This document shows positions 1 through 13,500 of a stretch of 64,000 nucleotides of DNA, in pieces (within the stretch, counting starts at the first letter, position 1; every line of letters begins with the position of its first letter). The notes beneath the pieces are model-generated. The model worked only from the letters and a program-made list of their open reading frames with translations. It was not told the DNA's origin and made no database searches. The position numbers and the translations under genes were made by a program. This DNA is from Anolis carolinensis (lineage: Eukaryota), in assembly GCF_035594765.1 (NCBI RefSeq), contig NC_085846.1, positions 9,535,190 through 9,599,189 on the forward strand, written 5' to 3'.

Positions 1-204
1 GACTCAGAGCAACTCACACGGAGACAAGCCCAATACAAATCACATAACATCATAAAATCAAACAGTTAAAACAACAAGCATCTCATTTAAAAACAAATTA
101 AACAGGTCATAGTTTTAAAAACATAATTAAGAGCAGGAAATATATTCCACTTTAACATTAGGAAAAAAATCCTGACAATAAAGCCTGTTCAGCAGTAGAA
201 TATA

Positions 205-351
205 TTGCCAAGGAAGGTGGTGGAAGCTCCTGCACCGGTTTTAAACAGAGGCTGGATGGCCATCTGTCAGGAGTGCTTTGAATGTGTTTTCCTGCATGGC
301 AGTAGGCTGGACTACATGGCCCTTGGGGATCTCTTCCAACTCTATGATTCT
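205..351 (+). mobile_element. CR1 LINE 3' terminal fragment
   Basis: Ends in CTTCCAACTCTATGATTCT, a typical CR1 tail. Confidence 0.6.
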
Positions 352-523
352 GGAGCTTCATGTCCTGATGGCAGTGCGTCAGCTTACACTACAATGGGCA
401 AAACTAGCTACCTATTAAGAAAACTTTTCTGGGGGGAAATAGAGAGAAAATTTTAATTTTGGCACAATTGTGTGCACAAGTGAGCATGAGGTCTGTGGTT
501 AAAGCAGAAGAAATGGTACATAC

Positions 524-612
524 AGGTTGCAGAGGCTCTTGCAGGCTTGATAAGGCCATCACCACTTCGTCGCTCTCTGTAGTTGGAGCATCACTCTCCA
601 CTTCCTCCGAAG
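524..612 (-). CDS. RPGRIP1: RPGRIP1 exon ([18 protein letters not shown]...)
   Basis: 89 nt; resembles mammalian SEVSEAQTTDSDDVIV that precedes the RID domain. Confidence 0.85.
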
Positions 613-1132
613 CTGTAAGCAAGAATGGAGAAGACAGAGGTCCTAAGAAACTGTGTCCACTCCTGGGCCTTGGTTTGATTGTACTGATGATCCAAAGTTT
701 TTAATAAAGGCTTGGTTTCCTCATATTGAGAACAGGATACACTTGTGTCTCAAGGTGTACCTACATGCTGGAATTAATGTAGTTTACTGTATATACTCGA
801 GTATAAGCCTAGTTTTTCAGCTCTTTTTTTAGGACTAAAAAAGCCCTCCTTGGCTTATACTCGGGTGAGGATCCTGGTTGGCTTATATTTGGGTCAGCTT
901 ATACTTGAGAATATATGGTACATTTATTATTTTTCTATATTATTATTGGTATTATTACATTTATTATTTTACTCTATTATTATTACATTTATTATTGTAC
1001 TCTTATTGTTGCTACTATTACATGTATTTTACTCTATTATTATTATTATTAATATTTATTATTTCACTCTGATATTATTATTATTACATTTATTATTCTA
1101 CTCTGTTTATTATTACATGTATTATTTTCCTG

Positions 1133-1182
<50 letters not shown>

Positions 1183-4100
1183 GCATGTATTATTTTACTC
1201 TATTATTATTAATTAAATATAAATCTTTATTAGAAGTTTCCATATATATGATAAAATAGCATTGGGGAAAATAAAGAATAAAAAGAGAAAAATAGGGGGG
1301 GTAGTGAGGGGGCAGATAGAGGGGAGACAGGGATGGAGGAAAAGAAAAAGAAGAAAAAAAGATAAAAAAAAGAAAAAAAATTAATTAAAATAGGACTTCC
1401 AGGTCAACCGGTGGGATTGGTCTTCTGCTCGTACTTCTTTCTCCTTCTTCATCCAATCTTTTTCCTTTTGTGTGTGTGTATATCTGAATGTGTGACCTCT
1501 TTTTTATTCGTTTATCCTTTCTCCTTCTTATTTATGTAGTTCTCCACTTGTTGCCAATTTGTTTCTTTTCTTGGCTTTCCCTGTTGTTTAGACATTAAAA
1601 AGGTTAATCTGTCCATATTTTTTATTTCTAAAATTTTAGTTAGCCAATCTGTTTTATTAGGAATTTCTTTTTTGTCTCCAAAATCTCCCATATATAATTC
1701 TAGCTGCCGTTGTTAAGTATGTTATTATCTTTTCTTCATTTGAACCTGGGGGGAAGTTTGAAATGCCTAATAGGTATATTTCAGGTGTTTTGTTAAACTT
1801 TTTATCCAAAATGATTTGTGTACTCTCATGGATTTTTGTCCAGAATTCTTTTGCTCTTTTACATGTCCACCAAATGTGGAAGTATGAACCCCCTTCCTCT
1901 CTACATTTCCAGCATTTTGAGCTCATACTCTATTATTATTAAAAGGATACATAAGCATAGTTACATTGAAGAAGATAAGAATAATGATTTAATCAGTTAG
2001 ACAGTCTTATCTTAAATTAGGTAAGGTAAAGGTTTCCCCTGACGTTAAGTCCAGTCATGTCTGACTCTGGGGGTTGGTGCTCATCTCCATTTCTAAGCCG
2101 AAGAGCCGGCGTTGTCCGTAGACACCTCCAAGGTCATGTGGCTGGCATGACTGCATGGAGCGCCGTTACCTTCCCGCCGGAGCAGTACCTATTGATCTAC
2201 TCACGTTGGCATGTTTTCAAACTGCTAGGTTGGCAGAAGCTGGAGCTAACAGCGGGTGCTCACTCCGCTCCAGGGATTTGAACCTGGGATCTTTCGGTCT
2301 GCAAGTTCAGCAGCTCAGTGCTTTAACACACTTTGCCACTGGGGCTTGATGTAAATACAGTAGAGTCTCACTTATCCAACATAAACGGGCCAGCAGAATG
2401 TTGGATAAGCGAATATGTTGGATAATAAGGAGGCATTAAGGAAAAGCCTATTAAATATCAAATTAGGTTATGATTTTACAAATTAAGCACCAAAACATCA
2501 TGTTAGACAACAAATTTGGCAGAAAAAGTAGTTCTATACGCAATAATGCTATGTAGTAATTACTGTATGAATTTAGCACCAAAATATCACGATGTATTGA
2601 AAACATTGACTACAAAAATGCGTTGGATAATCCAGAATGTTGGATAAGCGAGTGTTGGATAAGTGAGACTCTACTGTATTCAAAAACATTTAACCTACTG
2701 ATGCCTCAATTAATGTAATTTTTTGCTATCTATTTTTATTTCTGAAATTTCCCACCCTCGGCTTATACTTGAGTCAATGATTTCCCAGGGGGTTTTTTTT
2801 GGTGGTAAAATTAGATGCCTCGGCTTATATTCGGGTCGGCTTATATTCGGGTATACACGGTAATTGGCATGGCTGACTGCTATGAAATCCTGGGAGTTGC
2901 AGTTTTACAAGGTCTTTAGCTTTCCCTGTCAAAGGAAATTGGTGCTTCAACAGACTACAGAGCCCAGGATTTCATCACATAGTTAACAGTTAATGTAATC
3001 TCAAATTGCATTAATTCCACACTATAGTTACAGTCCTAGTCCTTGTTGGTTGCACCCAATACCTGGTTTCTTTGACATGCCTGCTTCCGCCTCCATGCTT
3101 GATCCAGCGTCTGATCCCCGTTGATTTCTCGCCGCGGCTTCTTCTTCCAAAGCCAGGATTTCTTCCCCTTCTTCTCTTATCTCTTCTAGCAGCACCTGTC
3201 CAGACACAGGTTGGGATGAACAAATGATGGTAGGGGAAAATCAGGCATGGGCAAACTTGGGCCCTCCGGGTGTTTTGGACTTCAACTCCCACCATTCCTA
3301 ACAGCCTCAGGTCCCTTCCTTTCCCCCCTCGGCCGCTTAAGCGGCCGAGGGGGGAAAGGAAAGGGCCTGAGGCTGTTAGGAATGGTGGGAGTTGAAGTCC
3401 AAAACACCCGGAGGGCCCAAGTTTGAGCACATGATGATAGATACATTTAGATTTTTCCTGTTAGCAAAATGTTGTTGATGCCAATCTCGTACCTCCTGAG
3501 CATCTTCATCCTCATCCTCCTTTATCACGGGTCTTGTGGGCTTCACCACAGGACTCACTTGGACTTGTGTGGACTTGGGTCCATTTGCCAGCTTGGTGTG
3601 TTTCAGAGTCCGTTTCTCCGCCTCAGGTAGGCTCAGACGTGGCTTCTTCCTCTGGAGACTGGAAGGCAAAAGGCCCGCATTGCTTTCTCTTGGCTTCTGA
3701 AAGGACATTGGAGAAAAGCAGACTCAATATTTCAAAGTTTATGAATATCTATAGTAATACTATTAATATTATAATATAATATAACATATGATATGATATG
3801 ATATATTATGGAGCCCCTCATGGTGCAGCGTGTTAAAGTGCTGACCAAAAGGTCATAGGATTGAATCCGGGGGGCAGAGTGAGCACCCACTGTTAGCCCC
3901 AGCTTCTGCCAACCTAGCACATCCAAATGTGAGTAGATCAATAGGTACTGCTCCAACGGGAAGGTAGTGGCGCTTCACGCAGCCATGTTGGCCACATGAC
4001 TTTGGAGGTGTCTACGGACAACACCGGCTCTTCGGCTTAGAAATGGAGATGAGCACCAACCCCCAGAGTCAGACATGACTGGACAATGTCAGGGGAAAAC

Positions 4101-7100
4101 CTTTACCTAATATAATATAATATAATATAATATAATATAATATAATATAATATAATATCTAATATTAATATATTGGTAATACTATAATATTACTAATAAT
4201 AATACTATTTGGACAACACCGCTCAAAGAAAACTCAGTATTCTAGAGACTGCAATCCAAAAGAATTAATTTTCTTCAAGCTCTGTAGAATTAATGAAATT
4301 AGACACCGCATTAACTACCATGGTTCAATGCATTGGAGTTATGAGAGTTCTAGTTTGTTGATTCTATTTGGTAAAGAAGGCTCAAGACTCTGTAATAATA
4401 AATATTGTATATAAATATTGTAATAAAATATTGTAATAAAATATATTACAATATAAATATTGTAATAAAATAAATAAATAATAAAACTGCAGCTAGCATT
4501 GTATCAGGGCAGCTAAAGTGCTGTCGAACTGCATTCATTCTACAATGTAGATGCAGCCTAGGAGATGCTAGGACTCATCCAAAAAAAGAAACTCAGTGTC
4601 CCACTGGAGTCCAGCAACTGGGATGGATTCCTCAGCTAAGTTTTTATCACCTGGTTCCTCAGCCTGGCTTGTTTCGTCTCAATCTGCTGCTCCATAGGCT
4701 TCAAATCTGTGGGTTTAAGTACACCAGCCTCTTCTGGAGGCACATAAAGAAGGCTCCACTCCAGACTCAGGCAGATGGATCCGTTGGGCTTGCCGGCCGG
4801 GTCCAAGAGGACAAAGTCTCCTGGAGGAGGGGGAAACAACAGGGATGGATGAGAAAACACATGGTTCTCCTGGCGATTTGAGTGGAAGTTGACCATAATA
4901 TCATATTGGAGGATCTAGAGATTCTTAGAAAGGTTAAAGGGGGGGGGGTATTTGTGTTTTTGTGTGAGTCCAGAGCCCCTTATGAAATTCAGAGAGAGAG
5001 AGGTACCAAATGCTCAGGTCCACACAGTCTCTATGTACTCAGCCAGAAAAGTCAGCCACAGCAGAGCACTTGATGAACCATCCTGGGCACAGCATATTAT
5101 TTGAGAAGAGCACAGAAATGCTGGACCACTCTCACAATCACCGTATCAGGCTACACAGAAAAGCCATTGAAATCCACATGCATGTGAGCAATTTCAACAG
5201 AAAGGAGGAAACCAAGAAAATGAACAACATCTTGCTACCAGAATTTTAAAAAAACTCTAACATCAGGACAGTAAATAAAGAACAACACCCAGAACATAGG
5301 GAAATGCCAGACAAGAAACAATCAGGGGCAACTGACACCTAACAAAGGATTCCCCAGCCAGGCTTTGAAGCAGCAAGGCTATTCAGTCCTAATCAAGATG
5401 GCCAATTGCAACATTCACACTTGCCTCCAACAGACAAGAGTTCTTCCTCCCACCCTGGACTTTCCCCTCTTGCCTAGTTTCTAACAGGCCTCAGAACCTC
5501 TGAAGATGTCTGACATAGATGTGGGCAAAACATCAGGAGAGAATGCTTCTGGAACATGGCCATATAGCCCATAAAACTCACAGCGATTCAGTGATTCTGG
5601 CCATGAAAGCCTTCGACAATACATCATTTTAATTGGAAAGTTTCAGAGCAACTTCTCAGTCCAATTCAAACCAATTCAGTAACTCCAGACAAGACTGTTT
5701 GCTAACTGAATGATCTGTTAGGTTCAATGAAGTTGATTCCCAGGAAAGTAGCAACCTGTCGTTGCACTATGTGCCTACTTAAAGATAAACCCCCATGAAT
5801 TCAATGAAGCTGACTCTTTTGTAAGCAGATACAGATGTTCAGAAGTTTGCAGAAGTTGGTTAAGCACATAAGGATTCGCTGATGGATTGGACCGTTCCCC
5901 TTTGTGTTGACGAAAAGGGGAAAATATCAAAAGGGATTCCTTCAGACATTCGTAGGTGCAAAGATTGCAGAGGCACCAGTCTCTCACCTGAGATGCTGCG
6001 TCCATTGGCTAGTGGCAGGAGTGGGATTTGGGCTTTGCCCAGGTAGTTGCCGGGTTCCTCATCCTCATCATCGAATACATACACCCACAGGCTCTCCACA
6101 AGCAAGTAATGGTGCAGCTCAGGGGTGACGCGCACAACAAAGGGTTGCAGGTCCCCAAAGTGTGGGTTGTTGCTTGCAGGGATGATGACCGTGTCGTGGT
6201 CTGGGAAGGTAAAGAACTGGTACATGGCGTAAGGGCTGGGCTGAGAACCAAGCCAGCGACTACGTAAGCCGGCGCATCCTTCAATCCGCACACGGACCTC
6301 ATTCCGGTTTGTTCCCTGAGCCTATCAGGGGAAAGAGAGAATGAAGTCGGAGTCAAGGAAAATCCCCAGGAGATCCAACTCATTTGAACCTGGTATCCAC
6401 TCATTATAATGTGTTGGGGGGTAAAGAACTCATTGGGACTTTTTTGTGTATCACTAGCAGGACTTCATAAAAAGAGTTGCAGGAGACCACAAAGGCCATC
6501 CAGTTCAACCTTGTTCTACCATACAGGAAATCCAATCAAAGCACTCCTGACAGGTGGCCATCCAGCCTCTGCTTAAAAACCTGCAGAGAAGGAGACTCCA
6601 CCACACTCAGGAAGTTCTTCTCAATGTTTAGGTGGAAACTCTTTTCCTTTAGTTTGAACCCATATGACCTCCTTTCAGATATTTAAACATGATTATCATA
6701 TTTCCTCTTAACCGTGTCTTCTCCAGGCTAAATATATACAGCTCCCTCAGCCATTCTTTATTAGGTTTGGCTTCCAGACCTTTGTCCATATTTATTGCCC
6801 TTTTTCTGACATGTTTTGGCTTGTCAATATATTTCTTGAATTGTAGTGCCCAGAACTGGACACAGGTGAGGTTTGACCAAAGCAGAAGAGAGTGGAACTA
6901 TGAATACCTTCAATGAAGGTGCTATAGTCTTATTGATACCGTTTAGAATCATATTGGATTTTTAGCTGCTGCATCACACTGTTGGCTTGTGTTCAGCTTG
7001 CAACCTAATAAGATCCCTTTCACACATACTGTTTTCATGGCAGGTGCTATCCATCCTATGTCTATTTTTTTCTGCCTAAGTGCAATATCTTACACACTTT

Positions 7101-8252
7101 TCTCTTTTTAAATTCATATTGTTAATTTTCATAAAGTTGTGTCATCATTTGTTACAATAGTTTCATGCCTTTCCTCCAAGGAGCCCAAGCCTATCTAAAT
7201 CCTCATCTACACTGTTATATAAAAATCCAAATTATCTGCTTTGAATTGGATTACAGTAGAGTCTCACTTATCCAACACTCATTTATCCAACATTCTGGAT
7301 TATCCAACACATTTTTGTAGTCAATGTTTTCAATGCATTGTGATATTTTGTTGCTAAATTCGTAAATACAGTAATTACTACATAGCATTAATGTGTAATG
7401 AACTACTTATTCTGTCAAATTTGTTGTATAACATGATGTTTTGGTGCTTAATTTGTAAAATCATAACCTACTTTGATGTTTAATAGGTTTTTTCTTAATC
7501 TCTCCTTATTATCCAACATATTTGCTTATCCAACGTTCTGCCAGCCCGTTTATGTTGGATAAGTGAGACTCTACTGTATATGGCAGTTTAAAGCAGATAA
7601 TGTGGATTATTTGCTTTGATAATCTGGATTATATGGCAGTATAGAAGGGGCCTATAAGACCAAATCTCCTTATGAGTTTGCCTGACTTTTACAGGAAAGG
7701 ACTTTCTTCTGGCCCCACCACCATCACAGATATGTCCACTGGAGACACAGGAGAGAGTGTACTAACTTCTGAGATGTGTTTCCTATTTCTCTTGTGGGTT
7801 TTAAACCATACTCTCCAGTTTTCTTCCTTTTTGTTTTGTTGTAGATGCTATGAGAAATAGAACACCAAATAAAGCTGCTGCTTTTCAATCCAAAGCCAAT
7901 CCTTTGCTTCTTACCCCTTCCTTTTGCCAGTGCAATTGGACCGCGGTGGAGCGTGGTACTCCGGCAGAGAGGTAACCCAAAGCTTTGGTCCGTTGGTGGT
8001 GCAGCCTCAAGGTCTCTTCTATAGGAAAACGAAACCTCACCCAATATTCCAGAAGACCGTAATCTGCGCCATTGGCACCTATAGTGACAGAGGAGGGTAC
8101 GATGTTGAGAAAAGCAAGGCAGGGAAATTGCAGTGGTATGAGAAGTGGGAACGGCATAGCAAAAGACTAATTTTGCTTCACAGGGCCTTTTCAAATTACA
8201 TTATGGCTGAATCTACACTGTTTCAAGCCTTGAGGAGTGGTAGGAAACAACT

Positions 8253-8297
<45 letters not shown>

Positions 8298-10509
8298 TTT
8301 GGAACTACATTATATGGTGAGTGTAGACCCATATAATGCAGTTTAACTCAATTGAACTGCCTTATATGGTTCTACGTTAACCACATAATACAATTTCAGA
8401 CTGCATTATATGACATCCTAAGGAAGCTAGGGTTTGTAGTCTGGTGAGACACTGGAGCTGTCCAGTTGAGATTTTTAAATATCCCTCCCAAAAATGTAAT
8501 TCCAGGAATCCATACAGTGTCATCAACACATTTAAAGTACAGTAGAGTCTCACTTATCCAACACTCGCTTATCCAACGTTCTGGATTATCCAACGCATTT
8601 TTGTAGTCAATGTTTTCAATACATCGTGATATTTTGGTGCTAAACTCGTAAATACAGTAATTACTATGTAGCATTACTGTGTATTGAACTAATTTTTCTG
8701 TCAAATTTGTTGTATAACATGATGTTTTGGTGCTTAATTTGTAAAATCATAACCTAATTAGATGTTCAATAGGCTTCTCCTTAAAATCTCTCATTATCCA
8801 ACATATTCGCTTATCCAACGTTCTGCCGGCCCGTTTATGTTGGATAAGTGAGACTCTACTGTATATACAAAATCCCTTATCTGCAGGAGACACATTCTTG
8901 AATGTCGAAACTGTAAACTGGATGATAGTAATTAAATGAATGATTTATGCTATCAGTTAGCATAGAGTTGTCCTGGCCGACTTAGGATAGTTCTCTTGAA
9001 ATTTTCTATATTTTCCAGGGCAATTCTATGCTAACTTCCAATGGAAACGTATCATAGAATTGCCTGGAGGACCTAGAAATTTTATAGAGGGCACGTTGTG
9101 TTGCATGCAGGATTCCTCAGCTTCTTGATATCTGGACTGTGAATTAACCATATACAGTAGAGTCTCACTTATCCAACACTCACTTATCCAACGTTCTGGA
9201 TTATCCAACACATTTTTGTAGTCAATGTTTTCAATATATCGTGATATTTTGGAGCTAAATCCATAAATACAGTAATTACTACATAGCATTACTGCGTATT
9301 GAACTACTTTTTCTGCCAAATTTGTTGTATAACATGATGTTTTGGTGCTTAATTTGTAAAATCATAACCTAATTTGATGTTTAATAGGCTTTTCCTTAAT
9401 GCCTCCTTATTATCCAACATATTTGCTTATCCAACATTCTGCCGGCCCGTTTATGTTGGATAAGTGAGACTCTACTGTAGTTCCTCACCTCTCCCAGTGA
9501 ATCACTACAGAAGGAACTATCCTTACCATGCAGCACCGCTGTGGCATGGACTTGCTCCCCGGTGCCCAAGGCTTCACCAAAACGCAGCCGGCAGGAGGCC
9601 AGGGTGGCGTGGTCAACAGCAGAGGCAAGGTGGAGCTCGAGGCGACAAGCTGCCTCTTGCAGGTACTGCAGGAAGAAAGGCTCAGCCCGGACAACATACT
9701 GGGATGTGAAGTCATACCGGGGCCGAATGCCCCGCACTACAGGGGTGCAGTGGGTCTCAAAGTCATAGAAGGAGTATGTGCAGAAGGTGGCGGGCTCTGC
9801 GTCCCCCAGGAAACGTTGTGCCTCAGCAGAGAGCACAGCACCAGAGATGTGCAGCTCAAAGAGGTTCTCTCCACGTCGCAACTGCGGGGCCTTGTCAGGG
9901 TCTGTTCCCAAGGATGCATCGACTTCACCCATTCGGAACGGGACAGCCCTAGTTCCATAGGCGATATCCTTCAGCTGCTCTGAAGGGCAGAACAGAAAGA
10001 GGCATGCCTACAGTAGACCTTTCCAAACATTTCATGTTGGTGGCACACTTTTTAGGCTTGCATCATTTCGCGACACGGTAATTCAGTTTTATGAGCAAAC
10101 TAGAGGTGAAACTAAACCCATAAAAGAGATACAGACACAGACAGAAAGTGTAATAACAAAGTGTGTGAGAACACAACACATCTTATGAAAATCTGTCATT
10201 TGTAATTTTAAAAAACATATCATTTATTGCTTTTTTCACCTAAACTCAGAGGTTTCTCATTAGATTTGCGCGAAACACCTACACACTGCAGCTGGCACAC
10301 AAAAACGGGTCATGACACACAGTTTGGAAAGTTCTGCTCTACACTTGCCACATTCATAGTGTAACAGCATTCTTCCTTGACCAAATAAGTTGCACATACA
10401 GAGCAGCAACCAGAAATATGGGGGAAAGGGAGCAGGGAACGGAAACAAATGGAAACAGGATTATCTCCTATTCGTACTGTATTCATGCAACAGATACAGT
10501 TAATTTTAA

Positions 10510-10560
<51 letters not shown>

Positions 10561-13500
10561 TTATTTGATGACACAGCAAACAAGATAGATATGCTGGATT
10601 TCGTATCACAAAATCACAAGTCGAACACTTCCCAAGTGTCTAAGACTGTGTGATGTATTTTCGGATGATGCACGCAGATCCCAGTCGGGTGGCCTTTTGC
10701 AGTTGGCAGATCGTAATTTTGTCAATGTCTATTGTTTCCAAAATTATTATATACTACTTTTTTCTCTAAAAGAGACCCAAAGCTGTGAATAGTGATATAA
10801 ACAATACAATAGACATTTAAAAGCTAAAGACAATAAACATTAAACAACATGGGCAGGAGGCTGTACTCACCTGAAAGAGAAGCATAAAAGTTGAGGTGGC
10901 ATCCCTAATTCTGCACAAACATGGGATGGGATTCAACAAGGGACATGTTGGTATGATGCTAAAGCTATGCTGATCAATTTTGGAAGATATGAAAATATAC
11001 CATACAATTACAAGAAATACTATGTCTCAGTAATGTGGAATTAGTAGGGGGTGGAGGGAGAACGAGGCTTTTCAAGGCTGTGCTCTCACTCTGAGGTTCC
11101 TTCCCTTCATCCTGAAAACTACACAGGAGTGTCTAATCTCAGGAACACGGAAAGAACTGATTCTATGGGTCTACTTCAGTTATGATTAACCACCAGGATT
11201 CAGATCTAAGAGAGAATGATTGTGCCAAAGAGTATATTTCTTCTATCCACCATACCTTCAAGTTGGCGAATACGGGAGCTACGTAGATCCAGAAGCTGGG
11301 CCATGTTCTCTTGCTTCTCCTCACGCTCCTGCTTCTCTCTATTGGCCTGCAGCAGCACCCCTTCCAGCTCTGCCTAAACCCAGGAATCCCCAAAGAAAGC
11401 ATGATACAGTCAACTTTCAGCCACTCTATGGTCAAACTCTGACAGAAGTTGACCATATAGCCATGCTACGTAGAGGACCTAGAGATTCCTAAATAGAACA
11501 TATTAATAAAAACTATGTATTACAACTGTTGGAGACTAGCCCAGAGGGGGAGTAAAGGAGAGAATTCCAGGACAGCAATAAAACAAGCCTTTTATTATCA
11601 CAGCTGATGATAAGACAAAACAGCCGTAAGTACCCACATTTGTGGGTCCGTACAATGCAAATGGCCGTTGCAAAGCATGTCGTAGCAAACAAAGAATATA
11701 TGTGTCTTGGCTTATCTAAAACTGACCAATGGCTGAGGGTCTTCCTCACCTTCCACACCTACATGGCACAAGTGATACCAATGACCTAACTTGTTTACTC
11801 TGAGCTTTCTTCTCCCTTGGGAACTTCCTGGAGAAAGGCACCAGCTCACAGGAAGGGAGAGGTCACAGGCCCTGTGTTGCACATACTACTTTGGTTCATA
11901 GTAAAGGTAAAGGTTTCCCCTGACGTTAAGTCCAGTCATGTCTGACTCTGGGGGTTGGTGCCCATCTCCAATTCTAAGCCGAAGAGCCGACGTTGTCCGT
12001 AGACACCTCGAAGGTCATGTAGCCGGCATGACTGCATGGAGCGCCGTTACTTTCCCGCTGGAGCGGTACCTATTGATCTACTCACATTTGCATGTTTTCA
12101 AACTGCTAGGTTGGCAGGAGCTGGAGCTAACAGCGGGCACTCAAACCGCTCCCGGGATTTGAACCTGGGATCTTTCGGTCTGCAAGTTCAGCAGCTCAGT
12201 GCTTTAACACACTTCGCCACCAGGGCGAAGCACTTTGGTTCATACAAAGTGCTTATATTGTCCATGTAAAGGATATATGATATATGCAGAGGCAAAGCTA
12301 CATAGGCAATAGTTATTTTCTGGCTTATGGTCCCTACAAAACTGCAATTGTGTTGGGCTGACTGTACACAGAACATGCCTCCAGACCAGTTAAGCATTTC
12401 AAGATAATGCCTTATTTGTAAATCCCCTCAACCTGGAAGTCCTCCAAGAGCTCACTCTCCCATCGGCAGGACATTTCACCTGATAGTCCCGGTTGATGCG
12501 GTGTTGCAGAATGAGCATGTCCCGGGTTTTTTCCAGCTCTAACGCAGTCTCCGCATGAGCAGCCTCCGTCTCATGCAGTTTTCGATTTAGACTCTGTTGG
12601 CTAAATACCTCTTCCTTCTCCATCGATATCTCCATCTCTCCCTCTAGGATCAGGGGCTGCAAGGCAAAGGAGAACAGAAATATCATCATTTGAAATAGGT
12701 TGCCAATTGCCCTAATTATAGTTAAGACCTTTTTTTCAAAACCAGGAGGGTTTTGGCTGTTTCCCTTGGCTGTTTCCTTCCCTCTCACTGTGGTCTACAC
12801 AAGCTCACTCTGCTAAACTTGGTTAACCCCAAAACCTACCTGAATTTGATGGGAATGAGGCTCTTCCTCTCTTGATGGGTTTTCCACAATGGTTGACTTC
12901 TCCTGCGGGGAGCCAACTTCCTGAGCAGTTGTGAGGAGCAGGCTCACTTCGTGTTTCAGCTCCTCATTGTGAGCTTTTGGGAAGAGAAAAAGGTTTGGAA
13001 GAGATAATAAGTCATTCATCAAAATAGGTTTTGGCTGGGGCTGATCATTCCCTTGTTATGACTTTGTCCTCCTTAATCCCCAAATGTTTTATCATAATGC
13101 ATGGGATATTTGTTTATTTGCATCACTGGTTGTGTTTGCACATTGCAATACATCATTATAAGGTTAATTAAAACCTGAGTTGTTGTATATTTTCCGGGCT
13201 GTATGACCATGTTCCAGAAGTATTCTCTCCTGACGTTTCGCCCACATCTATGGCAGGCAACCTCTGAGGATTCCTGCCATAGATGTGGGTGAAACATCAG
13301 GAGAGAATACTTTTGGAACATGGCCACACAGCCCGGAAAACATACAACAACCCTGTGATCCCGGCCATGAAAGCCTTCAACAACAAATTGAAACCTGGTT
13401 TGTTCTGTTGTGAACAACCCGCTTCTGCTAAAAAGCTATGCTCAACCAGCCACAAACCACAATCAGAAGCCATGGGTGTTGGTTAGTGTTTTTGGATCAT

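Larger units (their letters stand above)
787..2860. mobile_element. Tc1/mariner-type non-autonomous element carrying nested insertions
   Basis: TIRs CTGTATATACTCGAGTATAAGCC / GGCTTATATTCGGGTATACACGG, TA flanks. Confidence 0.75.

Noticed and set aside
850-1212. 120-aa hydrophobic ORF
   Set aside because: Translation of an (ATT)-rich low-complexity tract inside a transposon.
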